Shown piece after piece: positions 28,137 through 38,551 of a stretch of 64,000 nucleotides of DNA; position 1 is the first letter of the stretch, and every line of letters begins with the position of its first letter. The position numbers were made by a program, and so were the translations under genes. Location: assembly GCA_005843825.1 (NCBI GenBank), contig SZXX01000040.1:2215-66214 (forward strand), given 5' to 3'. A model generated the notes under the pieces. The model was given only the letters and a program-made list of their open reading frames with translations, made no database searches and was not told where the DNA came from. This DNA is from Chlorobium sp. (GTDB taxonomy: Bacteria > Bacteroidota > Chlorobiia > Chlorobiales > Chlorobiaceae).

Positions 28137-28913
28137 TTATAGATGTTTTTCGATTGAATCCAGAAGAGCTTTGCCGATAACCTTATTGGCACTGACAAGA
28201 CCTTCTCCAAATGCGGTGGTCTCTCCTTTGTAATCAAAACAGCAGCCACCTGCTTCAAGCACCACAGGAATCAGTGCGGCACAATCCCATGGGCTCATGA
28301 TCTTGTCGACTGACACTTCCGCCCTGCCTGAGGCAACAAGCATATGACCGTAGCAGTCACCCCAGCCCCTGACAAGGCCGGCATCATGGCGAAGCATATC
28401 AGCAGGATGAAGAGTGGGAGGATCGAGAAGATACTCCCTTTCAGTATAGAGAACTGTAGATTGCCTCACATCGGCAATAGAGGATACCGTTATCGGGGAT
28501 CCATTGAGAAATGCTCCGCTTCCCCGTTCGGCATGATAGAGTTCACCAAGAGCAGGAAAATAAACAACCCCAAGCTTCAGAAATCCGTCAACTTCAAGCG
28601 CAATCAAAACACCATAAAGCGGCACTCCATGAATAAACGCCTTGGTGCCATCTATGGGATCAATAATCCAACGACGGTTGTTCATGGAGGGACGCTCTTC
28701 AAATTCCTCGCCAAGAAGTCCGTCTTCAGGATAGCGTGAGGTAATGGCTGCTCGAATCAGCTCTTCTGCTTTACGGTCAGCCTCGGTAACTGGTGTCGCA
28801 TCCCTTTTTGTAAAAACCTGAAGTGACTTACGGGAGAAATAGTCCAGAGTTAATCGGCCAGCCTGTTCGGCCAATTCAACTGCAAGCTGAAGATCGGAGG
28901 TCATGGTTTTCAT
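28137..28913 (-). CDS. Inositol monophosphatase-family phosphatase (SuhB/HisN-like)
   Basis: GEE...WIIDPIDGTKAF...WDCAA motifs. Confidence 0.85.
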   Translation of the reverse strand: MKTMTSDLQLAVELAEQAGRLTLDYFSRKSLQVFTKRDATPVTEADRKAEELIRAAITSRYPEDGLLGEEFEERPSMNNRRWIIDPIDGTKAFIHGVPLYGVLIALEVDGFLKLGVVYFPALGELYHAERGSGAFLNGSPITVSSIADVRQSTVLYTEREYLLDPPTLHPADMLRHDAGLVRGWGDCYGHMLVASGRAEVSVDKIMSPWDCAALIPVVLEAGGCCFDYKGETTAFGEGLVSANKVIGKALLDSIEKHL

Positions 28914-29000
28914 GTGGTTTTCTAATCTGAAAAAAAATAAAATTCAACATTATTCACATCAGCATGCAGAAGAAGAAGGTTATTCACTTATTTTATCAAA

Positions 29001-29022
29001 GTTTGTGTTCGAAAGAACACAA
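29001..29022. promoter_or_regulatory. Perfect 9+9 palindrome in a divergent promoter region (candidate operator)
   Basis: TTTGTGTTC-gaaa-GAACACAAA. It lies 88 bp from the IMPase-like start and 137 bp from the mmdA-like start. Confidence 0.3.
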
Positions 29023-29158
29023 AGAAGGGCATGCATAGGGGTTGCATAAATATACAGCATAACTCCAGCAGCAATAAACGTGTTACCGTGCCAGTGAGAG
29101 TCAATCCTGAAAAGACTCAGTTACAGGATAAGTTAGTTAATCCATATCTTAAAACACA

Positions 29159-30700
29159 ATGAAACGCTTAATTGCGGAACGCGAAAAAGCTCGCCTTGGA
29201 GGCGGAGAAAAGCGAATAGAAGCACAGCATAAAAAAGGAAAATTCACAGCGCGTGAACGTGTGGATATGCTGCTTGACGAGGGTAGTTTTGAAGAGTACG
29301 ACATGTTTGTCACCCACAGGACCACTGATTTCAACCTGGATAAGGAACAGTTTCTTTCCGACGGGGTGATCACCGGACATGGAACCATCGATGGACGTAC
29401 CGTTTATATCTTTTCTCAGGACTTTACTGTACTGGGCGGCTCCCTTTCAGAGACTAATGCCCTTAAAATCTGTAAGGTCATGGATCAGGCGATGAAGGTT
29501 GGAGCACCTCTTATCGGCATTAATGACAGCGGCGGAGCAAGAATTCAGGAAGGAGTGAGAAGCCTTTCCGGATATGCAAGTATTTTTCAGCGAAACATTA
29601 TGGCTTCGGGCGTCATTCCACAGATATCAGCTATTTTCGGGCCGTGTGCCGGTGGTGCAGTTTACTCTCCTGCCCTTACTGACTTTGTTGTCATGGCTGA
29701 AAAGACCAGTTACATGTTTGTCACCGGTCCGAAAGTTGTTAAAACTGTTACCGGCGAAACCATCACTGATGAAGATCTTGGCGGAGCACATGTTCATGCG
29801 ACAAAATCAGGAGTCACCCATTTTGTAGGGGCTAATGAAACCGAAGGTATACTTCTGATAAAAAAACTGCTCAGTTACCTGCCCCAGAACAACCTTGAAG
29901 AACCACCACTGGCCGTCTGTAGCGACCCTGCCGACCGGTTGGATGATAAGCTGAATACTATCATACCTGACAAGCCATCCATTCCCTATGATGTCAAGGA
30001 TATTATACATTCGATTGCTGACAATGGAGAGTTTCTCGAAGTGCAGCGGCAATATGCCCGAAACATCGTTGTGGGTTTTGTAACTTTTAATGGCATATCA
30101 ACCGGCATTGTAGCAAATCAGCCGAACTACCTTGCAGGATGCCTTGACATTAACGCATCACGCAAAGCGGCCCGGTTTGTGAGATTCTGTGATGCCTTTA
30201 ATATCCCTATCGTTACCCTTGTTGATGTCCCTGGATTCCTTCCTGGAAGTGCCCAGGAGTTTGAAGGTATTATCAGTAATGGGGCGAAACTGATATTTGC
30301 TTACGGAGAGGCCACCGTCCCGAAAATCACTATTATCCTGCGAAAGGCCTATGGAGGTGCTTACATTGTCATGAGTTCCAAACAGTTGCGCGGGGATGTC
30401 AATTATGCGTGGCCTACAGCAGAAATTGCGGTCATGGGGCCTATAGGCGCTATTGAGGTGCTGTATAATCGCGATCTTAATGCAATCGAAAACCCTGAAG
30501 AGCGTGCCAAGTTTGTGGCAGATAATGCGGCAGAGTATCGTGAGAAATTTTCCAACCCTTATGAAGCAGCAAAATACGGCTATATTGACGACATCATAGA
30601 GCCACGCAATACCCGGTTCAGGATAATCCGTGCTTTACAGACGCTGTCAACCAAGAAAGACGTCAACCCTCCAAAAAAGCACTCAACTCTGCCACTTTAA
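29159..30700 (+). CDS. mmdA: Methylmalonyl-CoA decarboxylase alpha subunit / carboxyltransferase (PccB family)
   Basis: 513 aa with a typical PccB/12S N-terminus ([33 protein letters not shown]) and [15 protein letters not shown] motifs. Confidence 0.85.
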   Translation: MKRLIAEREKARLGGGEKRIEAQHKKGKFTARERVDMLLDEGSFEEYDMFVTHRTTDFNLDKEQFLSDGVITGHGTIDGRTVYIFSQDFTVLGGSLSETNALKICKVMDQAMKVGAPLIGINDSGGARIQEGVRSLSGYASIFQRNIMASGVIPQISAIFGPCAGGAVYSPALTDFVVMAEKTSYMFVTGPKVVKTVTGETITDEDLGGAHVHATKSGVTHFVGANETEGILLIKKLLSYLPQNNLEEPPLAVCSDPADRLDDKLNTIIPDKPSIPYDVKDIIHSIADNGEFLEVQRQYARNIVVGFVTFNGISTGIVANQPNYLAGCLDINASRKAARFVRFCDAFNIPIVTLVDVPGFLPGSAQEFEGIISNGAKLIFAYGEATVPKITIILRKAYGGAYIVMSSKQLRGDVNYAWPTAEIAVMGPIGAIEVLYNRDLNAIENPEERAKFVADNAAEYREKFSNPYEAAKYGYIDDIIEPRNTRFRIIRALQTLSTKKDVNPPKKHSTLPL

Positions 30701-30715
30701 CGTGAAAATACCACA

Positions 30716-31096
30716 ATGACAACAATCGTTCATCTGTTACCGATTGATCTTTCCGCTATCGGGCATGAACATCTCACTCTTGCCCTCATCGGCTATAGCA
30801 TTGTGTTTATTTCGCTTTTTCTGCTTTTTCTGGTGTTCAGCATGCTGCCGAAGTTTCTTACCCGCAACTTGAGAAGAAAATTTCAAAAAGAGGGTGGAGA
30901 AGAAAAAGCAGCACTTGCCGGCACTATGGTTCAGGGAGAGGTCAGTGCCGCTATCGCCACAGCTATATCGCTCTACCTTGAAGAGCTGCATGATGAGGAA
31001 ACGGCAATTCTTACGATAAAGAAAGTTGGAAAATCCTATTCGCCATGGAATTCAAAAATCTATAACGTTATTAATTTTAACCGGTTTCAACGATGA
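30716..31096 (+). CDS. OadG/MmdD-like small membrane subunit
   Basis: 126 aa with one N-terminal TM helix. Positioned between the carboxyltransferase and biotin-carrier genes. Confidence 0.55.
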   Translation: MTTIVHLLPIDLSAIGHEHLTLALIGYSIVFISLFLLFLVFSMLPKFLTRNLRRKFQKEGGEEKAALAGTMVQGEVSAAIATAISLYLEELHDEETAILTIKKVGKSYSPWNSKIYNVINFNRFQR

Positions 31097-31509
31097 GGCG
31101 ATATAAATTTACAATAAGCGGAAACAAGTACAGTGTTGAAATCAAATCCCTTGAGGAGAATATTGCCGAGGTCGAGGTAAACGGGACATCGTACCAGATT
31201 GAACTGGGTAAGGAAGTCAAAACGCCACAAACCCCGAAACTTGTCCGCTACACTCCTCCAGCTGAACCAAAAGCGCCGGTGCTCAATTCGCCTGGCCTTT
31301 GTTTGATTAAGGCTCCCCTTCCCGGGACAATTATCGCAATTTCGGTACTGCCGGGCATGCAGATTAAACTTGATCAGCCAGTCATTGTTCTTGAAGCCAT
31401 GAAAATGGAAAACAATGTTTTTGCAGAAAAAGCCGGTACTGTAAAATCAGTTAAAGTTGCTGTAGGTGATACCGTGATGCAGGGCGATGTTCTGATTGAA
31501 ATTGAATAA
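31093..31509 (+). CDS. Biotin carboxyl carrier subunit
   Basis: Pro/Ala-rich linker and biotinylation motif EAMKMEN. Biotinyl-lipoyl fold C-terminus. Confidence 0.85.
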   Translation: MRRYKFTISGNKYSVEIKSLEENIAEVEVNGTSYQIELGKEVKTPQTPKLVRYTPPAEPKAPVLNSPGLCLIKAPLPGTIIAISVLPGMQIKLDQPVIVLEAMKMENNVFAEKAGTVKSVKVAVGDTVMQGDVLIEIE

Positions 31510-31517
31510 ACACAACT

Positions 31518-32654
31518 ATGGAAGGGATTGTACGTTTTGTTGAGAATTCCGGTTTTGCCAATCTGACACCAGGACACCTGCTGATGATTCTGGTCGGACT
31601 GCTATTCATTTTTTTTGCCATCCGATATGAATATAAACCTCTTCTTCTCGTCCCGATAGGATTCGGGATACTGATCGGTAACATACCATTTGTTGAACAT
31701 GCCGGCCTGCACCTTGGCATATATGAGGAAGGGAGTGTGATGAATTATCTTTATATGGGTGTGCTGAAAGGGATATTTCCGCCTCTGATTTTTCTCGGAA
31801 TCGGTGCCATGACTGATTTTTCACCGCTGATTTCAAACCCCAAGCTTATGCTGCTCGGTGCGGCGGCACAGCTTGGCATTTTTTTAACCTATATCGGCGC
31901 TATTTCTCTGGGGTTTACTAATCCCGAAGCGGCATCTATCGGAATAATCGGCGGTGCTGACGGCCCAACGGCAATTTTTCTTTCTTCAAAGCTTGCACCA
32001 CATCTCATCGGTCCTATCGCTATTGCGGCCTATTCATACATGGCCCTTCTTCCACTCATTCAGACTCCGATAATGCGTCTTTTGACCACAAAAAAAGAAC
32101 GCAGAATAAAAATGAAACCTCCCCGGTCTGTAAGCAAACTGGAAAAAATACTCTTCCCTGTGGTTGCTCTTCTTCTTACAGGATTTATCGCACCGGGCTC
32201 GCTGCCGCTTCTCGGGATGCTTTTTTTAGGTAATCTGCTCAAAGAATCCATGGTGACACAACGTCTCGCAGATACAGCAAAAAATACCATGATCGATATA
32301 GTCACCATTATTCTTGGCCTTACCATCGGCGCCTCAACCCAGGCGACAACCTTTCTTACACAACAATCATTGCATATTTTTGTGCTCGGCGCAACTGCCT
32401 TTATGTTTTCAACGGCTGGCGGAGTGCTTTTTGCCAAAATCATGAACCTTTTTCTTTCAACAGAAAACAGGATCAATCCTCTGATTGGCGCGGCAGGAGT
32501 CTCGGCTGTGCCTGACAGTGCGCTTGTAGTGCAGATGGAAGGGCTGAAAGCTGATCCCGACAATCACCTGATCATGCATGCCATGGCTCCAAATGTTGCA
32601 GGTGTAATCGGTTCGGCCGTTGCTGCAGGTATTATGATGAGTTTTTTATTGTAA
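31518..32654 (+). CDS. Na+-transporting decarboxylase beta subunit (OadB/MmdB/GcdB family)
   Basis: 378-aa polytopic protein. Motifs FPPLIFLGIGAMTDF, GGADGPTAIF and GAAGVSAVP are characteristic of the family. Confidence 0.9.
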   Translation: MEGIVRFVENSGFANLTPGHLLMILVGLLFIFFAIRYEYKPLLLVPIGFGILIGNIPFVEHAGLHLGIYEEGSVMNYLYMGVLKGIFPPLIFLGIGAMTDFSPLISNPKLMLLGAAAQLGIFLTYIGAISLGFTNPEAASIGIIGGADGPTAIFLSSKLAPHLIGPIAIAAYSYMALLPLIQTPIMRLLTTKKERRIKMKPPRSVSKLEKILFPVVALLLTGFIAPGSLPLLGMLFLGNLLKESMVTQRLADTAKNTMIDIVTIILGLTIGASTQATTFLTQQSLHIFVLGATAFMFSTAGGVLFAKIMNLFLSTENRINPLIGAAGVSAVPDSALVVQMEGLKADPDNHLIMHAMAPNVAGVIGSAVAAGIMMSFLL

Positions 32655-32725
32655 CCGGCGCCGTTTTATTCGCTCATGAAGGGAGAGAATAACCAAAACC
32701 GGATATTGAAACGCTATAAGAACAT

Positions 32726-34840
32726 TTAAATCAAAGAGACGACTTTTCTTAAAAGAATCATGTTGTCGATTGGTTTTACGAGGTAATCGTTCATGCCGTA
32801 GTGCTTCGCCTTCAAAACAGTTTCTTGACTTGAATCGCCACTCAGACCGATGATGGGAATGTTTCTATAGGTACATTTTTCCGAACGGATATGCTTTGTC
32901 GTTTCAAGACCATCCAGAACCGGCATTTGAATATCTGTAAGCATCAGGTCACAATGATGGTTATTCAAAATGTCGAGTGCTTCTTCTCCGTTTGATGCCT
33001 CCATCACTGTTAAGTCAAGCTGCTGAAGTAAACTTTTTACGAAAAGAAGGTTGACTGCCGAATCATCCACAATAAGGACAACCTTACCGGTAAAGGATCC
33101 CTTGAATATATCATTTGTCGCTTTTAGTGCTGTAGTCAGTCCCTGCAAAACCTCAGAAAGAACCAGCGGCATTGAAAGGAGTCCTTGAATGCCTGACTGT
33201 TCGCCTCTCGAACGCGCCATAAAGAGAGGCTCTTTTGTATATCCGACAATAGGCATAACTTTTCCGCTCTCCCTGATCCTGTAAGCAAGCTCATAACCAT
33301 CGAAGCCAGGTAAGTCAAGGTTTGCAAAAAGAAGGTTATATCCACCTGAATCTATCATCGTCATTGCATGGGCACTACCGACTGCCTCGTCTGCCGTAAC
33401 AGCAAGCGGGGCAAGAAAACGACGAATCAGTAAAAGATTCTCCGGGTCATCATCAACTAGCAAAAGCTTCTTCCCTGAAAAGAATTCTCTATGTTCAGCA
33501 TAGAGTTGTGATTCATAGGAAGCAACTTCGGACACACTAAGCACGGGAAAACTCAAGATAAATTCGGTAAACTCTCCATACTCTGAATTGCATGTGATAT
33601 CGCCTTTGCAGGAGTGCATAACACGCTTGCAGAAGGTAAGACCAAGACCCGTGCCTCCTTTCTTTCTTGAGGTAAAAAAAGGATCGAAAATTTTGCCCAG
33701 GATTTCCTTGGCAATACCCGGACCGTTATCCCTGATAATAACTCTGTTCCGGCTTTCACCACGCTGGAGACGAATATCAATACGACCGGCAGGATTTGAG
33801 CGGAGAAAATATAATGCATTCATTATCAGGTTGAAGAGAACAAAAATATAAATGCTCTCAGCACCTCGAAACGTAAAATCATCACCATAATGAAAATGAA
33901 CCTTGTCACGTTCGATGTTCGATTCATAGCTGTATTCATCAATCGCTTTGCGAGTTAAGGCTGTTATGGAAAAACAGGTAAGGTCATTCTGCATTGAGTC
34001 TTCATCCTTGACCTCTTCAAGAATCATATCAATAATCTGTATACCCCGGTTGACTGCCATCTGACCCTGAAGCGCACTTTGACAAATTTTTTCAATACCA
34101 TTCGTAGCAATTAGCGGGAACGCATTTTTTTCCTGTAATCGCTCAATGTCCTGCTGGATAGCATTAAAATTATTGCGTATCTGCCCCAGAGGATTACGCA
34201 TCTCATGAGCGATGCCTCCTGCAAGAGCCTGTAATGCAGTGTTCCGTTCCATGGCTTTAAGACCAAGTCGATTACTGTAGCTGAAGAGGTAACCTGCAAC
34301 AATGGTAAAGGTAAGTACTATGCTGTAGAGTGGAATATTGAAGGTCGGATGGAGTTCAACGTGAGGAACCGAAAGAAAATAAAACAAAACAGCTCCGAAA
34401 ACTCCAATGGACAGATCAACAAGAAACATCAGCCAGTTGGGAACGTATGTAATCAGCACAAACAACATGAAAATTTCCCAGTACAGCCAGAGTTCATGAA
34501 AATTGTTCATGATAAGATTGACCGTAAAAATAAAGGGCAGAACAAAAATAAGGGACCCGTGCCAGTAAGAGGGGAAGTGGTGCCTGACAAAAGCGGGCAG
34601 CTTATCTTTAAGTATAATGGCCAGGCAGAGCAGGGTTGCTATAAGCCGAAGAACAAAATTTTCATATGGGAGATGAAATCCATACTTGAAGGTGAAATAA
34701 AAAAAGAAATGTGCCGGTGCGCCAAGTGCAGCTGCAGAAAGAGTATTGAAGCGGGTAACCTGTGTACCTTCCCTCATGCACTCCCGAATATAGGATAAGA
34801 TTCTCTTCAACTCCCACTCCCGAGTAATTTGTCGACACAC
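32726..34840 (-). CDS. Hybrid sensor histidine kinase (multi-TM sensor, HisKA, HATPase, two receiver domains)
   Basis: About 6 N-terminal TM helices, H-box GGIAHEMRNPLGQI, DNGPGI, GGTGLGL. REC1 (LLLVDDD...NLDLPGFDG) and REC2 (VLIVDDS...LTDIQMPVLDG...VKP). The start may be 34777. Confidence 0.85.
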   Translation of the reverse strand: MCRQITREWELKRILSYIRECMREGTQVTRFNTLSAAALGAPAHFFFYFTFKYGFHLPYENFVLRLIATLLCLAIILKDKLPAFVRHHFPSYWHGSLIFVLPFIFTVNLIMNNFHELWLYWEIFMLFVLITYVPNWLMFLVDLSIGVFGAVLFYFLSVPHVELHPTFNIPLYSIVLTFTIVAGYLFSYSNRLGLKAMERNTALQALAGGIAHEMRNPLGQIRNNFNAIQQDIERLQEKNAFPLIATNGIEKICQSALQGQMAVNRGIQIIDMILEEVKDEDSMQNDLTCFSITALTRKAIDEYSYESNIERDKVHFHYGDDFTFRGAESIYIFVLFNLIMNALYFLRSNPAGRIDIRLQRGESRNRVIIRDNGPGIAKEILGKIFDPFFTSRKKGGTGLGLTFCKRVMHSCKGDITCNSEYGEFTEFILSFPVLSVSEVASYESQLYAEHREFFSGKKLLLVDDDPENLLLIRRFLAPLAVTADEAVGSAHAMTMIDSGGYNLLFANLDLPGFDGYELAYRIRESGKVMPIVGYTKEPLFMARSRGEQSGIQGLLSMPLVLSEVLQGLTTALKATNDIFKGSFTGKVVLIVDDSAVNLLFVKSLLQQLDLTVMEASNGEEALDILNNHHCDLMLTDIQMPVLDGLETTKHIRSEKCTYRNIPIIGLSGDSSQETVLKAKHYGMNDYLVKPIDNMILLRKVVSLI

Positions 34841-36123
34841 TCACCCGCAGCCCTGAAACATGCTTCAATAGATGCTCCCCGTCGGTAATCCCCTGTGGAT
34901 CCAAAACCGGCAAAAGGTTTAAGCTTATTATCGACTTCCAGAAGCAGCCTGTGATGGAAAGGAGAATACGCGCACAATCCTTCGGTAATATACCGGTACG
35001 CGAAAGACTCTCTGGTATTGTCACTTATCGTGAAATACGATCCGGCAATCCGTTCTCCAAGAGCTATAACCTCTTCAGGAACTGAAGACTCCGAAATAAC
35101 TGATCTCGAAGCCCTTCCACTGAACGTATAACGAACGAGATTGAGATCATTGATTCCATAAGCTCCGGCATTGCTTAAGGGAAATGAGTGATCGAACACC
35201 ATTGCCCGCTGGGACTTCTGAAAAACATCCCGGCGATACTTCACAATGGCTACTGCTACAGGGTAATACTTTACTTGCCGCAGCAACTCTGAAGCCTCAG
35301 GAAGAACATCATTAAGCAATGCACTTAACCTGGCAGCGGACAGGGCTGAAATAACCTTATCATATACTGCCGATTCAGAAACACCCCTTTTCAGGAAATC
35401 TAGCTTGATCGAACCTGATACCGGATCGTTTGAAACTGAGGTGACCCTTTGTCCTGCAAGAATTCTGACCGAACCTGCTCCTGCAAAGAGGTGGAAAGCA
35501 TCAAGCATTCCATGCATCCCTTTTTTCAACTGCTCATAACTATCGATGACAAGAGCAAGATTTGAGCCAAAATTTCCGAGATAGCATTCATCCGGTTCTG
35601 CGCCATTCATGCGGACAGTAACCGGCCTTACGACATGGCCTAAACAGGGCTCTTTCAAATAGCCGGCAAGAGAGAGGTGATCATACTGTTCAGAAAGAGT
35701 GTTGAAATAATCACTGTCGAGTACTCCCTGACTACGGTCTTTCATAATTACCCGGACATGAGGATAAAGCTTCCTTATACCGTCAATTCCACACATACCG
35801 ATAAGCCGCAGGATATTAAGAAGTTTCGCTCCCTCCTTGTTGATTCTGACAACACGACCATTGATAATTTGCGATGTATTGAACCCGAAATACTCATAAT
35901 CATTAACACCGCAAGCACTTACAAAGTCGCGAAACAGCCGGTAATTTTTACCAATATTTTTCCCTCCAAAATCAAGCCAACGACCTTGAAGCTCTTCACT
36001 TCCGATCCTTCCGCCGATCCTGTCTTCAGATTCATAGAGATCCACCTCAATATTTCGCTTCGAAAGGTAATATGCCGAAGCGATCCCTGAAATACCGCCA
36101 CCAATGACTGCTACGCGCATCAT
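34807..36123 (-). CDS. FAD-dependent oxidoreductase of the amine-oxidase / protoporphyrinogen-oxidase (HemY/CrtI) superfamily
   Basis: N-terminal dinucleotide fold VAVIGGGISGIASAYYL...LYESEDRIGGRI. 438 aa. Start overlaps the upstream gene stop (ATGA). Confidence 0.8.
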   Translation of the reverse strand: MMRVAVIGGGISGIASAYYLSKRNIEVDLYESEDRIGGRIGSEELQGRWLDFGGKNIGKNYRLFRDFVSACGVNDYEYFGFNTSQIINGRVVRINKEGAKLLNILRLIGMCGIDGIRKLYPHVRVIMKDRSQGVLDSDYFNTLSEQYDHLSLAGYLKEPCLGHVVRPVTVRMNGAEPDECYLGNFGSNLALVIDSYEQLKKGMHGMLDAFHLFAGAGSVRILAGQRVTSVSNDPVSGSIKLDFLKRGVSESAVYDKVISALSAARLSALLNDVLPEASELLRQVKYYPVAVAIVKYRRDVFQKSQRAMVFDHSFPLSNAGAYGINDLNLVRYTFSGRASRSVISESSVPEEVIALGERIAGSYFTISDNTRESFAYRYITEGLCAYSPFHHRLLLEVDNKLKPFAGFGSTGDYRRGASIEACFRAAGECVDKLLGSGS

Positions 36124-37112
36124 AGTGATGGCTCCGCTTCAAGAATTCTGCTGACTTTTGCTGCAAACTGCATTTTGCATCTTGATGATATTTTTTCAAT
36201 CCGCTCTTTCTGTTGCAGGTAGTGGTGCTCACTCATAAAAGCGAACGCTTTCAGCTCTGCTTCAGCGCACACCTTGCCCCACTGCATGACCTGAACAAAA
36301 ACAGAGACCTCCCGGTCATCACCTGTCTTATCTGCTGAAAAACTACCGTATGCTCTGATGACAATGGGGGTATCACGCTCAAGATAATGAAAAAAATTTG
36401 TATTATAGCTCAAAAGCGCAAGTTTCCCGTCTAAAGATAACCCCAAAATATGTGTAATTGCGACAGCCGCCTGTCGGAGTGCTTCCAACATCAGCATTCC
36501 CTGAATATGGTCTGAAGCATGATCGAAGGTCAGCTCTTCAGTATCGTTGAACATATTGAAATAGAGGAGCTTACCAGCGGAATAAAACTCTGAAATCAGC
36601 ACATTGGAATCACTTTTTTTATGCACAAATTTTTTATCCAGAGAGCATGGGGAACTGTCATCTGCTGTTATGGCCAGGGGGCTCTTCATCAGACTTTTCA
36701 GGTCGAAGGGCAGCTTGCGCATCAAATCGGCTGCAGTCTCTATACCAAAAGGAGGGTCTGTCTTAACCCCGGAATATGAAAAAGCTTTGACCTCCGCGTA
36801 AACCTCGGGATTCGACCTGCGATAATCAGGGGAAATATAGATTTCACATGTATCACGGAGCAGAAAAAGAAAACGGTTTGCCTCTTCAACTGAGGAAACA
36901 TTAACTGCCTGCAAAACGCCAGCCTGAACAGGAAGTTTATCGCCATCGAAAATGAGCGTAAAAGCCTTTTTTCCAGGATTCAGGGTAAGAACGCCGTTAT
37001 CTTTTTTAGGCAGTCTGAACGTTCTCTGTATTGGCAGTCGAGTTATCGGCGATGGCTGAAAGGTTGTTCGAAACTGGTGGGTAAGAGAGCGGCTAACGGA
37101 TTGTTTTAACAT
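36120..37112 (-). CDS. AfsA-like (A-factor biosynthesis hotdog) domain protein with an unrecognised N-terminal half
   Basis: aa ~160-295: FVHKKSDSNVLISEF...FDHASDHIQGMLMLEALRQAAVAITH...F.HYLERDTP matches the AfsA repeat signature (HK...NVL...DH..DHvPGMllLEAaRQaa...F..y.E.d.P). Confidence 0.55.
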   Translation of the reverse strand: MLKQSVSRSLTHQFRTTFQPSPITRLPIQRTFRLPKKDNGVLTLNPGKKAFTLIFDGDKLPVQAGVLQAVNVSSVEEANRFLFLLRDTCEIYISPDYRRSNPEVYAEVKAFSYSGVKTDPPFGIETAADLMRKLPFDLKSLMKSPLAITADDSSPCSLDKKFVHKKSDSNVLISEFYSAGKLLYFNMFNDTEELTFDHASDHIQGMLMLEALRQAAVAITHILGLSLDGKLALLSYNTNFFHYLERDTPIVIRAYGSFSADKTGDDREVSVFVQVMQWGKVCAEAELKAFAFMSEHHYLQQKERIEKISSRCKMQFAAKVSRILEAEPSL

Positions 37113-37461
37113 GATAAACTCCAGTAATTATTTAAAAATGAACTGTTTCTTGCAAAAGCAGTAACCTTATTCCTAAAGGCTTCACTTTTGTCGTGAAAAT
37201 ATTTTTAAGTGTATATGAGGGTTACTGTTATTGTTTAATATACTTTTAATAGAAAATATTAATCCGATAAACATTCATTTTTTGACACGTTTATCACTTT
37301 TTTTTTGCTTTTTTTCATAAACTCAACACTTGGTCCGACGAATAGACGAAAGGTTATAACAAACTCAAGAGTCACCGTTGAAACTGACATCTACGATTGA
37401 GGATATTTGTTCCTGCAATACTTCCGGAAGTTTCGGGATTTTCGTATTTTTGGCTTTTTAA

Positions 37462-38469
<1,008 letters not shown>

Positions 38470-38502
38470 ACCTCTTTGAAAAAAGAATAACCTCTATAAA
38501 AA

Positions 38503-38539
38503 GCCCGGCTGTACATTCAAGACGCAGCCGGGCATTTTA
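38503..38539 (+). terminator. Rho-independent terminator of hemB
   Basis: GCCCGGCTG (38503-38511) / CAGCCGGGC (38525-38533) followed by ATTTTAC. Confidence 0.7.
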
Positions 38540-38551
38540 CTGTTTATAGCC

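Noticed and set aside
32655-32725. CGGCGCCG palindrome after the Na+-pump beta subunit gene as a terminator
   Set aside because: An 8-bp palindrome with no loop cannot form a stable terminator hairpin, and only a short T-run follows it.
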